Source of the DNA: Candidatus Collierbacteria bacterium
GTDB taxonomy: Bacteria; Patescibacteriota; Microgenomatia; UBA1400; MFAQ01
DNA length: 64,000 bases
Assembly (NCBI GenBank): GCA_903886255.1
Contig: CAISLM010000014.1
Coordinates: 13,562-77,561, forward strand
Reading direction: 5' to 3'
The stretch's first letter is position 1. Each line of letters begins with the position of its first letter. Positions 27,083 to 35,999 of this stretch are shown piece after piece. The position numbers and the translations under genes were made by a program. The notes below the pieces were generated by a model. That model was not told where the DNA came from, searched no databases, and saw nothing but the letters and a program-made list of their open reading frames with translations.

Positions 27083-28423
27083 ATGGAAAATAATGAGATT
27101 TTTTCTTCAGTCACGAACTTTCATACTGCTTTTATAAATGGTCTGGACAAAATTTTAAGCAGTGAAGATCTCAAACCAGCCTCATTCAATTTGGTTTTTG
27201 GTAATGCCATCTATCATCACCAAGAAAGAGAATTCCTGGAAAGGCTTGAGTCGGCAAAAGCCAAATTAGCTGCAGCAATCGACCCAAACTCCACCGACGA
27301 CGACTCAGTCATTTTCTTGAAGTTAAAGGACATGAAGTTGGATTGGCAAAACTGGACTATGTTGGAAGATCGGAAAATTAATTCCTGGAATGTTCAGCTG
27401 AATAAATTTAGAGTCTTAAAACCAAGGGGATTTTCCGACCTATTAATTACTCAAGTTCATTTGCCCTTCAATGGAAACGACTTTAATTTCAATAAAATAT
27501 CGGATCCTACACTCTGGTCCGGTGAAATAATCGGTAGAAAAGTCTCACTCTATTACAACAAATTCCCCAACAAAGACCTTCAAACGCTTCTTGTTCTTGA
27601 TCCGGACCAGAATAAGGAACAATTCCTCACGGAAGAAGACCATAATTTTGTCTTTGAAATGACAAGTTCACTTAGCCGTCTTTACAACGTTTCTTTTGGA
27701 TACAATTCCCTGGGCGCTTCCGCATCCATTAATCACCTTCATTTTCATCTTATGATTGGTATAGAAAAGCTTCCGGTGGCCGAAGACGAATGGCTGCACA
27801 ACGGCGGCAGCAAAACATATCCTGCCAACATTTATGTCTTTAATAATCCTGAGGAATCCTGGAAACTAATCGACAAACTCAATCAAAAGAATGTTGCCTA
27901 CAACATTCTTTATCTTCCCGGGAAAGTCTTTATCTTTCCAAGAAAATTCATGGGTACATATAAAGCAGTACCTTGGTCTACAAGTTTTGGCTGGCTTCAA
28001 TTTTCCGGTAACTTTACAGTCTATGATGAAGACGCAGTCAATCGGCTAACTGAAGATATTATTAACGAAGCATTGCAAGATGCATCAATAAAACTGGAGG
28101 AACAAACGGGTATGGGAACATATATTACAATAGCCAAATTAGAGGACGTAAAAGAAGGTAAACCGCATTGTGTGGACGTGGAGGGCAAAAGTCTCGCAGT
28201 GTTCAAGGTGGGTGATGAATATTTCGCCACTACCGGAATTTGCACACATGCAGGAGGACCTTTGTGTCAAGGGGAAATAGTTAATGGAGTTGTAACCTGC
28301 CCCTGGCATGGTTCACAATTCGACGTAAAAAATGGTAAGGTCGAAAGAGGTCCTGCCAAGGATCCAATAAAGACATACAAGTTGCGAAAAACAGACACGA
28401 CACTGGAAGCAGATCTTGTTTAA
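27083..28423 (+). CDS. fusion protein: HIT-superfamily GDP-sugar phosphorylase-like domain (VTC2/GDPGP1-like) + C-terminal Rieske [2Fe-2S] domain
   Basis: SINHLHFHLM closely resembles the VTC2/GDPGP1 HIT motif (NHLHFQ). The C-terminus has CTHAGGPL-x16-CPWHG Rieske CxH...CxxH. Confidence 0.6.
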   Translation: MENNEIFSSVTNFHTAFINGLDKILSSEDLKPASFNLVFGNAIYHHQEREFLERLESAKAKLAAAIDPNSTDDDSVIFLKLKDMKLDWQNWTMLEDRKINSWNVQLNKFRVLKPRGFSDLLITQVHLPFNGNDFNFNKISDPTLWSGEIIGRKVSLYYNKFPNKDLQTLLVLDPDQNKEQFLTEEDHNFVFEMTSSLSRLYNVSFGYNSLGASASINHLHFHLMIGIEKLPVAEDEWLHNGGSKTYPANIYVFNNPEESWKLIDKLNQKNVAYNILYLPGKVFIFPRKFMGTYKAVPWSTSFGWLQFSGNFTVYDEDAVNRLTEDIINEALQDASIKLEEQTGMGTYITIAKLEDVKEGKPHCVDVEGKSLAVFKVGDEYFATTGICTHAGGPLCQGEIVNGVVTCPWHGSQFDVKNGKVERGPAKDPIKTYKLRKTDTTLEADLV

Positions 28424-29205
28424 GGATATTTCTGTCTTAGCCAATAAAAAACTAAATTCCCCACAAGCAAACTAACCAGAAGTGTATCTGGTAGGAAGAA
28501 GAAAGGGAAAAAGTTAAAAAACGCTGCCAAAATTCCCACAAAGGCGCCAAAGAAAATCTGAAGCCTCCTATTATTCGGAGAAGTCATTGGTTCCGGAAGC
28601 ATCACCATACTAAAAAAGAGAACCAGGGGTGATAATAGTGTACTAAAAACAACTTTTGGAGTGTCAGCAGAATTAAACCTAAGTAAAATTTCCGTTAAAG
28701 TAAAAATAATCAAAAAACTAACAATCAACCTCCCTCTCCTCATTCTGAAAATCGAAATATAGCCGGGAACAAGAATCAGTATGAATAAAAAGATTGATAG
28801 TGGGTTCAACTTTAAAGATTGGAAGATTACACCCCACCAAGAAACATTTTGACTAAAGATCAATCCCCCTACAACCAATCCGAAGGCAGCCGGGTTGAAC
28901 ACATGCCGATTGTTCATCTTTAAAAAGTTTTTGCTTGCCATGGCCAACAGACAGACAGATACGAGATAATACCAGGGGAGAAGGGGATACGCCAAAAGCC
29001 CTATGATAAGTCCGGATACCAATGCTGCAGATAAAACGAATGGTTGGATTTTTCTCAGGCGTATAAAACAATAATCAGCAATAAAAGTTGTCCCAACTGC
29101 CAGAATGACGGATAAAAATGCACCATTTTGACCGCTGAAAAATATCGCTCCCAACGCAATAAACCCAAGGAATATTGCCATCTGTATCTTAGGTAAATTA
29201 ATCAT
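28420..29205 (-). CDS. polytopic membrane protein, unknown function
   Basis: At least 7 hydrophobic helices. The ORF track extends to 29370; the ATG at 29205 (MINLPKIQMAIFLG) avoids overlap with the divergent 29283 gene. Confidence 0.45.
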   Translation of the reverse strand: MINLPKIQMAIFLGFIALGAIFFSGQNGAFLSVILAVGTTFIADYCFIRLRKIQPFVLSAALVSGLIIGLLAYPLLPWYYLVSVCLLAMASKNFLKMNNRHVFNPAAFGLVVGGLIFSQNVSWWGVIFQSLKLNPLSIFLFILILVPGYISIFRMRRGRLIVSFLIIFTLTEILLRFNSADTPKVVFSTLLSPLVLFFSMVMLPEPMTSPNNRRLQIFFGAFVGILAAFFNFFPFFFLPDTLLVSLLVGNLVFYWLRQKYP

Positions 29206-29282
29206 TATTTTAAGTTTACTACTATTAGAAAAGTTACAAAAAATATTTTTAGCAGTTTTACGATGTAAAATTACGGCACACA

Positions 29283-29843
29283 ATGAAAAACAAATTGAAT
29301 ATATCAAAAGAACTAGAATATACACGAGAAGACTGGCTTCACTATTCTTACCATTTCCGAACTGCAACAAACTATGCCTATTTCCGTTGCTTTTTCTTTG
29401 GTTTTTTGACCCCCATGATTTTGGCCGGCCTCTTAACCAAACCCGATTTAAGTACTTTGTTTTATTCCTTGGTGTTTATCCTTATGATCTTTCCCGGACT
29501 TATCCTCACGCCAATCGTCTGGATAAAAAGTATGATTAAGAAACCGGAGAAAAAGGTTTATTCATTCGAATTCACCGAATCCTATTTAAGCTTTAAAAAA
29601 GGTGGAATCACCACTAAAATTATGTGGGAGGAATTTACGGGAAGGATTATCGAAGATAAATACGCCTTCGTATTTCTTCGTGAACGCTCTTATACATTAC
29701 CCAAAAGACTATTTACAGATCAAGAATGGCAAGATTTGATTCGGCTAATAACTGCCAAAGTAAATCCGAAGAAGCTCCCTACTATCGGTAAAAAAATTCT
29801 CTGGGTGTTGATCGGTTTGGCTCTACCCTTCCTTCTTCCGTAA
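29283..29843 (+). CDS. small membrane protein (YcxB-like architecture: 2 TM + cytosolic domain), unknown function
   Basis: Two hydrophobic helices (FFFGFLTPMILAGLL / LVFILMIFPGLILTPIVW), a soluble region, and a C-terminal TM segment. Confidence 0.45.
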   Translation: MKNKLNISKELEYTREDWLHYSYHFRTATNYAYFRCFFFGFLTPMILAGLLTKPDLSTLFYSLVFILMIFPGLILTPIVWIKSMIKKPEKKVYSFEFTESYLSFKKGGITTKIMWEEFTGRIIEDKYAFVFLRERSYTLPKRLFTDQEWQDLIRLITAKVNPKKLPTIGKKILWVLIGLALPFLLP

Positions 29844-29916
29844 CAAAAAACAGAAATACAAATTTCAAATTGTGACCCCGGCGGAATCCTCTCGGTAAAA
29901 TTCAGCTGAATTTTCC

Positions 29917-29975
29917 TCAAGACCTGGCTCGACAAGATCGTTACTAGCTTGTCTCCGCCCTTCGATTCCCTGCGT
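29917..29975. repeat. ~58-nt direct repeat, copy 1 (downstream of tRNA-Glu)
   Basis: AGACCTGGCTCGACAAGATCGTTACtAGCTTGTCTCCGCCcTTCgAtTCC. Near-identical to the copy at 30150..30208 (about 5 mismatches). Confidence 0.7.
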
Positions 29976-29982
29976 TTGACAA

Positions 29983-30012
29983 ATAAAAAAGGTTGGACTA
30001 GCCAACCATTTT
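29983..30012 (-). terminator. rho-independent terminator downstream of tRNA-Glu
   Basis: aaaaaaGGTTGGactagCCAACCattttt perfect 6-bp stem flanked by A/T runs; potentially bidirectional. Confidence 0.65.
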
Positions 30013-30018
30013 TACTTG

Positions 30019-30092
30019 TGATCCCGGCGGGAATCGAACCCGCGATATTCAGGATGAAAACCTGACGTCCTAGGCCGCTAGACGACGGGACC
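30019..30092 (-). tRNA. tRNA-Glu (anticodon TTC)
   Basis: Hand-folded cloverleaf: acceptor GGTCCCG/CGGGATC, D-stem GTCT/GGAC, anticodon stem TCAGG/CCTGA with loop TTTTCAT, T-arm GCGGG-TTCGATT-CCCGC, discriminator A. Confidence 0.85.
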
Positions 30093-30149
30093 AAATTTTA
30101 ACAAATACGATTTCCGAGGGACTTCTCAAAATAATTTTCTTCTGAAAAT

Positions 30150-30208
30150 TTTTTGAGACCTGGCTCGACAAGATCGTTACGAGCTTGTCTCCGCCTTTCA
30201 AGTCCACT
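30150..30208. repeat. ~58-nt direct repeat, copy 2 (downstream of tRNA-Lys)
   Basis: AGACCTGGCTCGACAAGATCGTTACgAGCTTGTCTCCGCCtTTCaAgTCC. Same spacing (~45-50 nt) from the tRNA 3' end as copy 1. Confidence 0.7.
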
Positions 30209-30256
30209 AAAAGATCATTATTAGTATTTTTACCGCTAGGTTAAAAATACTAATAG

Positions 30257-30330
30257 TGGGTCAGGTGGGACTTGAACCCACGACACCCTGCTTAAAAGGC
30301 AGGTGCTCTAACCGACTGAGCTACTGACCC
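30257..30330 (-). tRNA. tRNA-Lys (anticodon TTT)
   Basis: Acceptor GGGTCAG/CTGACCC, D-arm GCTC-AGTCGGTTA-GAGC, anticodon stem CCTGC/GCAGG with loop CTTTTAA, T-arm GTGGG-TTCAAGT-CCCAC. Confidence 0.85.
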
Positions 30331-30392
30331 ATACGAGGCATATTTTACCATGATTACCCTCGGATTATCTATAAAATAGGCTAAGATAGACT

Positions 30393-30872
30393 ATGAAAGT
30401 TTTAGGCATCGACCCTGGTACAGGAAGGGTTGGTTGGGCATTTGTTAGCCATGAAAAGGGGATTGATTCTCTTATCGAATGCGGTTGTTTTGAAACAAAA
30501 GTTAATTCGGAGCTTCCCGATAGACTTCAAAAAATATATATTTTTCTAAAGGAACTAATTAAAGAGAACAAACCTGATGTTCTGGCAGTTGAGTCTTTGT
30601 TTTTTGCTACAAACGTAAAGACTGCTTTTGATGTTGGAGCTGCTAGGGGAGTGATCCTTTTGGCAGGACAAGAAGCGGGTTTACCGATTTTTCAGTACAC
30701 ACCTCTTCAGGTTAAATCGTCTCTCACCGGTTATGGGAAAGCAGAAAAAAATCAAATTCAATTTATGGTTACCAAAATCCTCCATCTTCAAGAAATTCCC
30801 AAACCCGACGACGCAGCCGACGCAGTTGCCATATCTCTTACTCATATTTTTCATCATCCCCACAAGATGTAA
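30393..30872 (+). CDS. ruvC: crossover junction endodeoxyribonuclease RuvC
   Basis: MKVLGIDPGTGRVGWA..., LAVESLFF, and the C-terminal acidic catalytic residues of the RuvC family. Confidence 0.9.
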   Translation: MKVLGIDPGTGRVGWAFVSHEKGIDSLIECGCFETKVNSELPDRLQKIYIFLKELIKENKPDVLAVESLFFATNVKTAFDVGAARGVILLAGQEAGLPIFQYTPLQVKSSLTGYGKAEKNQIQFMVTKILHLQEIPKPDDAADAVAISLTHIFHHPHKM

Positions 30873-30875
30873 AAA

Positions 30876-30900
30876 ACCCTCCATCAAGGAGGGCTTTTGT
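30876..30900. terminator. bidirectional hairpin terminator after ruvC
   Basis: aaaaaCCCTCCatcaaGGAGGGcttttg. Confidence 0.6.
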
Positions 30901-30904
30901 CGAA

Positions 30905-31312
30905 CTAATTTGAATATCTCCGGCGCTGATTGGAGTTGGATTTGGATTTGCACAGAAAGCTGATGAAAGCAAATGCAAAGCCGATTAAAATTGCTTCCCA
31001 CCAGGCAGAGCTCAATATCCAAGGGACGCTGAGCTTGGCGATCCACAGGGAAGCAAGATATAAGCTGGCGTACTTGAAAACGCCTTCGATTATCCAGCCA
31101 ACCCATCCGGCGGTTAAACAAGACAAGGGCAGCGCGGCCAGCTCAATTAAAAATTTCACGCCCAATAGCAGCAAGTCGATCAGGCCCATGGCTAGAATCA
31201 CCAGGAAAGCAATCCAGAAAATATCGTTGCCGGGGAAGATCACAATCCAGCCGAGCAAGCTGAAGCCGAATAAAGCCAAAACAGTTAGTAAAAATTTCGC
31301 TAAACAACCCAT
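30905..31312 (-). CDS. small integral membrane protein, unknown
   Basis: Four hydrophobic helices. Preferred over the overlapping plus-strand ORFs, which are low complexity. Confidence 0.4.
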   Translation of the reverse strand: MGCLAKFLLTVLALFGFSLLGWIVIFPGNDIFWIAFLVILAMGLIDLLLLGVKFLIELAALPLSCLTAGWVGWIIEGVFKYASLYLASLWIAKLSVPWILSSAWWEAILIGFAFAFISFLCKSKSNSNQRRRYSN

Positions 31313-31427
31313 TTACGCCTCCAATTTGAATGTCCAGGATAAGAAAGTACCCTATAATAGCACACCAAGCGTATTTTGTCAACTATACCCATTAAAAAAC
31401 CGAAACTAGCCATGCTATACTGGCTAT

Positions 31428-31985
31428 ATGATCGGCTACCTAGAAGGCTCAGTTAAGTATGCAACTACAGGGAAAATAATCCTATTTGCCGGTGGAGTCG
31501 GGTTTATGGTCCACCTCCCAAGCAACGTAATTTTTCTCGAAAATCAAAAAGCTGTTCTTTATATTCACACCCATCTGCGGGAAGATAATTTGTCCTTATT
31601 TGGTTTCAAAACTCCACAAGACCTGGATATTTTTGAACTTCTTCTCACTGTTTCCGGAGTAGGGCCCAAAATTGCCCTTGCTTTGCTTTCATCCTCAACC
31701 GAAGAAAATATCAAAAAGGCCATTACCGAAAGCAATCTTGCCTTCTTCTCCTCAATTTCCGGAGTTGGCAAAAAGACTGCCCAAAAAATTATTCTCGATC
31801 TTAAATCAAAAATTGGCAAAGGCGACGTTAATATGGGAAACTTGGAAGGAAACTCGGAATTAATCGACTCACTAACTGCTCTAGGTTTCCAAAAAGGAGA
31901 AATTTCCTCAATTTATTCTCAAATTGATTCATCATTACCTTTAGGGTCACAAGTTAAATCGGCTTTGAAGCTTTTGCGCAAATGA
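31428..31985 (+). CDS. ruvA: Holliday junction DNA helicase RuvA
   Basis: MIGYLEG N-terminus, OB-fold, and HhH motifs ([16 protein letters not shown] ... [12 protein letters not shown]). Confidence 0.9.
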   Translation: MIGYLEGSVKYATTGKIILFAGGVGFMVHLPSNVIFLENQKAVLYIHTHLREDNLSLFGFKTPQDLDIFELLLTVSGVGPKIALALLSSSTEENIKKAITESNLAFFSSISGVGKKTAQKIILDLKSKIGKGDVNMGNLEGNSELIDSLTALGFQKGEISSIYSQIDSSLPLGSQVKSALKLLRK

Positions 31986-32947
31986 CCAATCAACCGGAAA
32001 CATCAACTATCCGACCATCACAGTGGAAAGATTTTACCGGCCAGCCCCAAGTGGTTAGGTCGCTCCAAATCGCCATTCAAGCCGCCAAATCCCGTGAAGA
32101 ACCCATGGAACACACTCTTTTGTATGGACCACCGGGTTTGGGAAAAACCACCCTTGCTCACATCATCGCCAACGAGATGGGTGTAAATCTTAAAGTCACT
32201 TCGGGACCGGCACTAACAAGAGCCGGAGACTTGGCGTCAATTCTCACAGCTCTGGAACCGGGTGACGTTTTATTTATTGACGAAATCCATCGACTCAACA
32301 AACCTGTTGAAGAAGCACTTTATCCCGCCATGGAAGATTTTGCTATCGATATCATTCTTGGTAAAGGTCCGGCTGCCAAAAACCTTCGTCTTGATCTGAA
32401 TCCGTTCACTCTTATTGGCGCTACAACCCAGGCCGGAAAAATCAGTTCACCACTAAGGGATCGTTTTGGAATTGTCCACCGACTGCGTTTCTATGAGCCG
32501 ACAGAGTTAAAAGGAATCATTCTTAAAGCAGCCAAAAAAATAAATTTGGTTCTTGATGATGAATCTGCACTCGAAATAGCTAAGCGATCCAGAGGAACTG
32601 CCCGTATTGCTCTTAAACTTCTTAGGCGCGTTCGGGATTTTAATCTGGTAGAACACGATTCAAAATCAAACGTTGACATCACAAAAAAGTCACTAGATTT
32701 TTATGAGGTGGATGATGAAGGGCTTGATGCCACAGACCGCAGATTGCTAGAAGCAATAATTCTTCAGCATAATGGCGGTCCGGTTGGCTTGGAGACTTTA
32801 GCTGCCCTTATTTCCGAATCTGTCGACACCATTTCCGATCTCTATGAACCATATTTGCTTCAGTCTGGATTTTTATCTAAAACCAGCCGTGGAAGGGTTG
32901 CAACCGATAAGGCCTATTCACATCTCGGTGTTTCAAAAAAAGAATAA
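31982..32947 (+). CDS. ruvB: Holliday junction DNA helicase RuvB
   Basis: AAA+ Walker [16 protein letters not shown], Walker [10 protein letters not shown], sensor GATT. Confidence 0.95.
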   Translation: MTNQPETSTIRPSQWKDFTGQPQVVRSLQIAIQAAKSREEPMEHTLLYGPPGLGKTTLAHIIANEMGVNLKVTSGPALTRAGDLASILTALEPGDVLFIDEIHRLNKPVEEALYPAMEDFAIDIILGKGPAAKNLRLDLNPFTLIGATTQAGKISSPLRDRFGIVHRLRFYEPTELKGIILKAAKKINLVLDDESALEIAKRSRGTARIALKLLRRVRDFNLVEHDSKSNVDITKKSLDFYEVDDEGLDATDRRLLEAIILQHNGGPVGLETLAALISESVDTISDLYEPYLLQSGFLSKTSRGRVATDKAYSHLGVSKKE

Positions 32948-34132
32948 GTGACCTATGTTAAGGAGTGTTCTTGTGTTTTGCCATATAATAATGTTGTGTC
33001 AATTTTTGCAATCCTAATTAGCTTCCTAATTTTTATATCTTTTCCTGTTAAAACATTTGCCATATCAGATCCACTTTCTGTGCCGAACAACAAGATAGGT
33101 ATCCATATTTTGTTTCCTGATGAGGTGGACCCGGCCTCAAAAATAATTAATAATAACGGAAAAGGAGGCTGGGGTTACGTCACAATTCCCATTCAGGCCT
33201 CAGACCGAGACCGCATAAAATGGCAACGTTTTTTTGATCAATGTAAAAATGATAAAGTCATTCCCATCATTAGAGTGGCTACTGTGCCGGACGGATCAAA
33301 CTGGGTTCAGCCAAACAGCTTTGATCTAGTGGATTTTGCTAACTTTCTTGGGGATTTGAATTGGCCTACGGAAAACCATTACGTTGTTATTTTTAACGAG
33401 GTTAATCGTTCTGACGAATTTGGTGGATTTGTATCACCGGAAAATTATTCTGACATATTAAATAACGCTATTGATATATTTAAAGCTAAATCGGACAATT
33501 TTTTCATACTTCCGGCCGGTCTGGATAACGCTGCATCAAATAGCCGCTCTTCACTGAACTGGCGAGTCTACATCGAAAGAATGTATCTTCAACATCCCGA
33601 TATTTTCAACAAAATCGATGGCTGGACTTCTCATGCTTATCCTAATCCCGGATTTTCGGCCAGACCTGATTTATCGGGTTCAAACAAAATTGATTCATTT
33701 AGAAGCGATCTAAATTACATCCGTTTTTTTACTACCAAAAAACTTCCTGTTTTCATCACGGAAACAGGATGGTCTGATTCCAACTTATCTGAGCACCAGG
33801 TCGCTTTATATTATCAATATGCACTTACACATCAATGGACAGATGCAAACATTGTAGCCATAACCCCATTTTTGTTAAATGCCCAGGACGGACCATTTGA
33901 ACAATTTAGTTTCAAGAAAAACGACGGCACTTGGAAAGAATTCACTACAACTCTAAGCTCATTTGCCACCATTGGTCAGCCGAACCCATCGATAATTCAA
34001 ATCAAACCAATCGCTACACCATCTGCCGAACTCTTTCCCGCTGAAAGCCCATCAAGTCAGGGAAACGCACTATCTCTACTTCAAAGGTTCTACAATAGTT
34101 TAAAGTCAATTATAGGATTATTTGGAAAATGA
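32948..34132 (+). CDS. secreted/anchored glycoside hydrolase, clan GH-A TIM-barrel type
   Basis: N-terminal TM/signal. VIFNEVN (acid/base NEP-like) and FITETGW (nucleophile) motifs about 110 aa apart. Confidence 0.55.
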   Translation: MTYVKECSCVLPYNNVVSIFAILISFLIFISFPVKTFAISDPLSVPNNKIGIHILFPDEVDPASKIINNNGKGGWGYVTIPIQASDRDRIKWQRFFDQCKNDKVIPIIRVATVPDGSNWVQPNSFDLVDFANFLGDLNWPTENHYVVIFNEVNRSDEFGGFVSPENYSDILNNAIDIFKAKSDNFFILPAGLDNAASNSRSSLNWRVYIERMYLQHPDIFNKIDGWTSHAYPNPGFSARPDLSGSNKIDSFRSDLNYIRFFTTKKLPVFITETGWSDSNLSEHQVALYYQYALTHQWTDANIVAITPFLLNAQDGPFEQFSFKKNDGTWKEFTTTLSSFATIGQPNPSIIQIKPIATPSAELFPAESPSSQGNALSLLQRFYNSLKSIIGLFGK

Positions 34133-34812
34133 TCATACTGCACGGCGAAGACGCCAACAAATCATATGCTAGGTTAGCAGCCATTACCGATGACTTAAAG
34201 TCAAAACAGGTTGAAGTAGTTACTCAAGATGCAGCCGAAATAGATATTACCAATCTCCGTCAAGAAATTGGTTCTTCCGGACTATTTGGTTCGACAAAAT
34301 GTTTCGTTATTAAAAATTTGTTAAGTGGCACCAAATCAAAAAATAAAGATAAGTTAATTGATGTATTAAATCAAGACACCAGTCATGAAATTATTCTTTG
34401 GGAAAACAAAGGACTTGGAGTCACCATTTTAAAAAAATTCCCCAAAGCAAAAATAGAAAGCTTTTCTATAAGCCCGGTTATCTTTAAGTTTCTTGACTCA
34501 CTTCGCCCAAATAATTCTAGGAACATACTTCTTTCCTGGAAAAAACTTGTAAGTGAAAATACAGAGCCGGAGTTCGTATTTGCCATGATTGTCCGGCAAA
34601 TCAAACTTCTATCCCAAGCAAAATCTGATCCGGCATTTATCAAACTAGCACCTTATCCGGCCAGGCTGATAAAGGTGCAATCAACATACTTCACATTAGA
34701 CCATTTGCTTGATTTATATCACCGGCTTTATGAAATTGATCTAAAAATTAAAACAGGTTCCGGAGGAAATACGATAGACAATCTATTAGTAAATTTTTTC
34801 CAAAAAATATAG
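34129..34812 (+). CDS. holA: DNA polymerase III delta subunit-like (HolA, short form)
   Basis: The MIILHGEDANKSY N-terminus resembles delta-subunit LYGEE starts. Helical C-terminal half. Weak call. Confidence 0.45.
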   Translation: MIILHGEDANKSYARLAAITDDLKSKQVEVVTQDAAEIDITNLRQEIGSSGLFGSTKCFVIKNLLSGTKSKNKDKLIDVLNQDTSHEIILWENKGLGVTILKKFPKAKIESFSISPVIFKFLDSLRPNNSRNILLSWKKLVSENTEPEFVFAMIVRQIKLLSQAKSDPAFIKLAPYPARLIKVQSTYFTLDHLLDLYHRLYEIDLKIKTGSGGNTIDNLLVNFFQKI

Positions 34813-34849
34813 TAGTAAGATAAGAAAAGTATTATTAATTACGAAAAAT

Positions 34850-35143
34850 ATGTCCGGCAAAATAAATAAAGGTCAAGGAGTAATTTGGATAATCCTAATA
34901 ATAGCAATCATCGGCATCATCGGTTTCTGGCTTTCTCGGAATCGATCAACTTCACTTACAGTCACAGCGCCTATATTATCCGTGACATTGACTCCAACGA
35001 TGCAAGCAGCTGCCACTCCAACCATTTCGCCGACTCCAACACAGACATTAAACGATATTAACAAATCTCTTAATGATTTAAATTCTTCATCTACGAATGT
35101 AGATAAGGCTTTAAACGATTCTCAAATAAATATTAATCAATAA
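34850..35143 (+). CDS. small membrane-anchored secreted protein, unknown
   Basis: N-terminal TM (VIWIILIIAIIGIIGFWL), PT-rich linker, Asn-rich tail. Confidence 0.4.
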   Translation: MSGKINKGQGVIWIILIIAIIGIIGFWLSRNRSTSLTVTAPILSVTLTPTMQAAATPTISPTPTQTLNDINKSLNDLNSSSTNVDKALNDSQININQ

Positions 35144-35147
35144 AACC

Positions 35148-35795
35148 ATGAAGAAACAAATAATAATTACATTCTCATTAATACTCTTAGGAGTAATTAG
35201 CTACCCAAAGTTAGCCAATGCCGCCGTACTTTCTCCTACAGCCGTAGCAATCCCGCTTAGGAGGGCTGAGATCAAAGTAGCTCTCAAAAAAACTAATGCC
35301 ATAAAGGAAATTGATCGGAGATTGGCTAGTTTAACTAACATAACAACACGAATAAACGGGATTACCAGAATAACAGACGCCCAAAAACAAAGCTTGTTGA
35401 CACAGGTCCAGAACGAAATAAATAATCTCAATGATTTAAAAACTAAAATTCAAGCCGAGACTGATGCCACAGCTCTCCAAGCCGAAAAAACTTCTATCGT
35501 CCAGTCTTATCGCGTTTACGCCTTATTCGTCCCAGAAATAGAAATAATTGCTCAAGCAGACAAAATTATGGATATTGCAGACGCGATGTCGAGTAAAACC
35601 ACCGACGCCACGCTACTCAGCAAAATCGCAGACGCAAAATCAAAGGCACAAAATGCAATAGATTTAGTTTTGCCACTTACACCCGAAGGATATCCTGGCA
35701 ATAGATCCGTTCTTCTATCCGCAAGAGATACCCTAAAGACAGCCCGAGTCAATTTAACCGGATCTTTTGCTTTACTAAAGGCAAACAGCAAATAA
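35148..35795 (+). CDS. secreted coiled-coil protein, unknown
   Basis: Signal peptide (LILLGVISYPKLANA), then helical heptad-like A/K/Q/T-rich sequence. Confidence 0.45.
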   Translation: MKKQIIITFSLILLGVISYPKLANAAVLSPTAVAIPLRRAEIKVALKKTNAIKEIDRRLASLTNITTRINGITRITDAQKQSLLTQVQNEINNLNDLKTKIQAETDATALQAEKTSIVQSYRVYALFVPEIEIIAQADKIMDIADAMSSKTTDATLLSKIADAKSKAQNAIDLVLPLTPEGYPGNRSVLLSARDTLKTARVNLTGSFALLKANSK

Positions 35796-35834
35796 TGGTA
35801 GCGTCTTAATAACTCGTAGAGTTACAATAAATTT

Positions 35835-35999
35835 ATGAGGTGGACAAAAACAATAATTGTGGTTGTGCTAATAATCTTGGCTATTATCTTTGGAATAAGA
35901 ATGTTAACACCTGAGGATACCTGGATTTGTCAAAAAGGGAACTGGGTCAAACATGGTCACCCTAAGGCTCCGATGCCAACCACTCAATGCGTCAAATGA
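35835..35999 (+). CDS. possible 54-aa small membrane protein (not in ORF track)
   Basis: ATG at 35835. MRWTKTIIVVVLIILAIIFGIRML TM helix, then CQKGNWVKHGHP...C. Its end overlaps the DUF2207 start. Confidence 0.25.
   Translation: MRWTKTIIVVVLIILAIIFGIRMLTPEDTWICQKGNWVKHGHPKAPMPTTQCVK

Noticed and set aside
29720-30094. 124-aa minus-strand ORF beginning MVPSSSGLGRQ
   Set aside because: Its 5' end is the tRNA-Glu gene read as protein (TTG start inside the acceptor stem), and it runs through the terminator hairpin. Spurious.
29917-30208. Possibility that the 58-nt repeats are degenerate tRNA halves (contain TTCGATTCC-like T-loop string)
   Set aside because: Flanking bases cannot form a T-stem on either strand, and no acceptor or anticodon arms are present.
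30681-31409. Overlapping ORFs 30681..31121 (-) and 30930..31409 (+) between ruvC and ruvA
   Set aside because: Both are hydrophilic, low-complexity, and overlap the 30905..31312 minus-strand ORF, which has four clean TM helices. Only the latter was kept, at low confidence.
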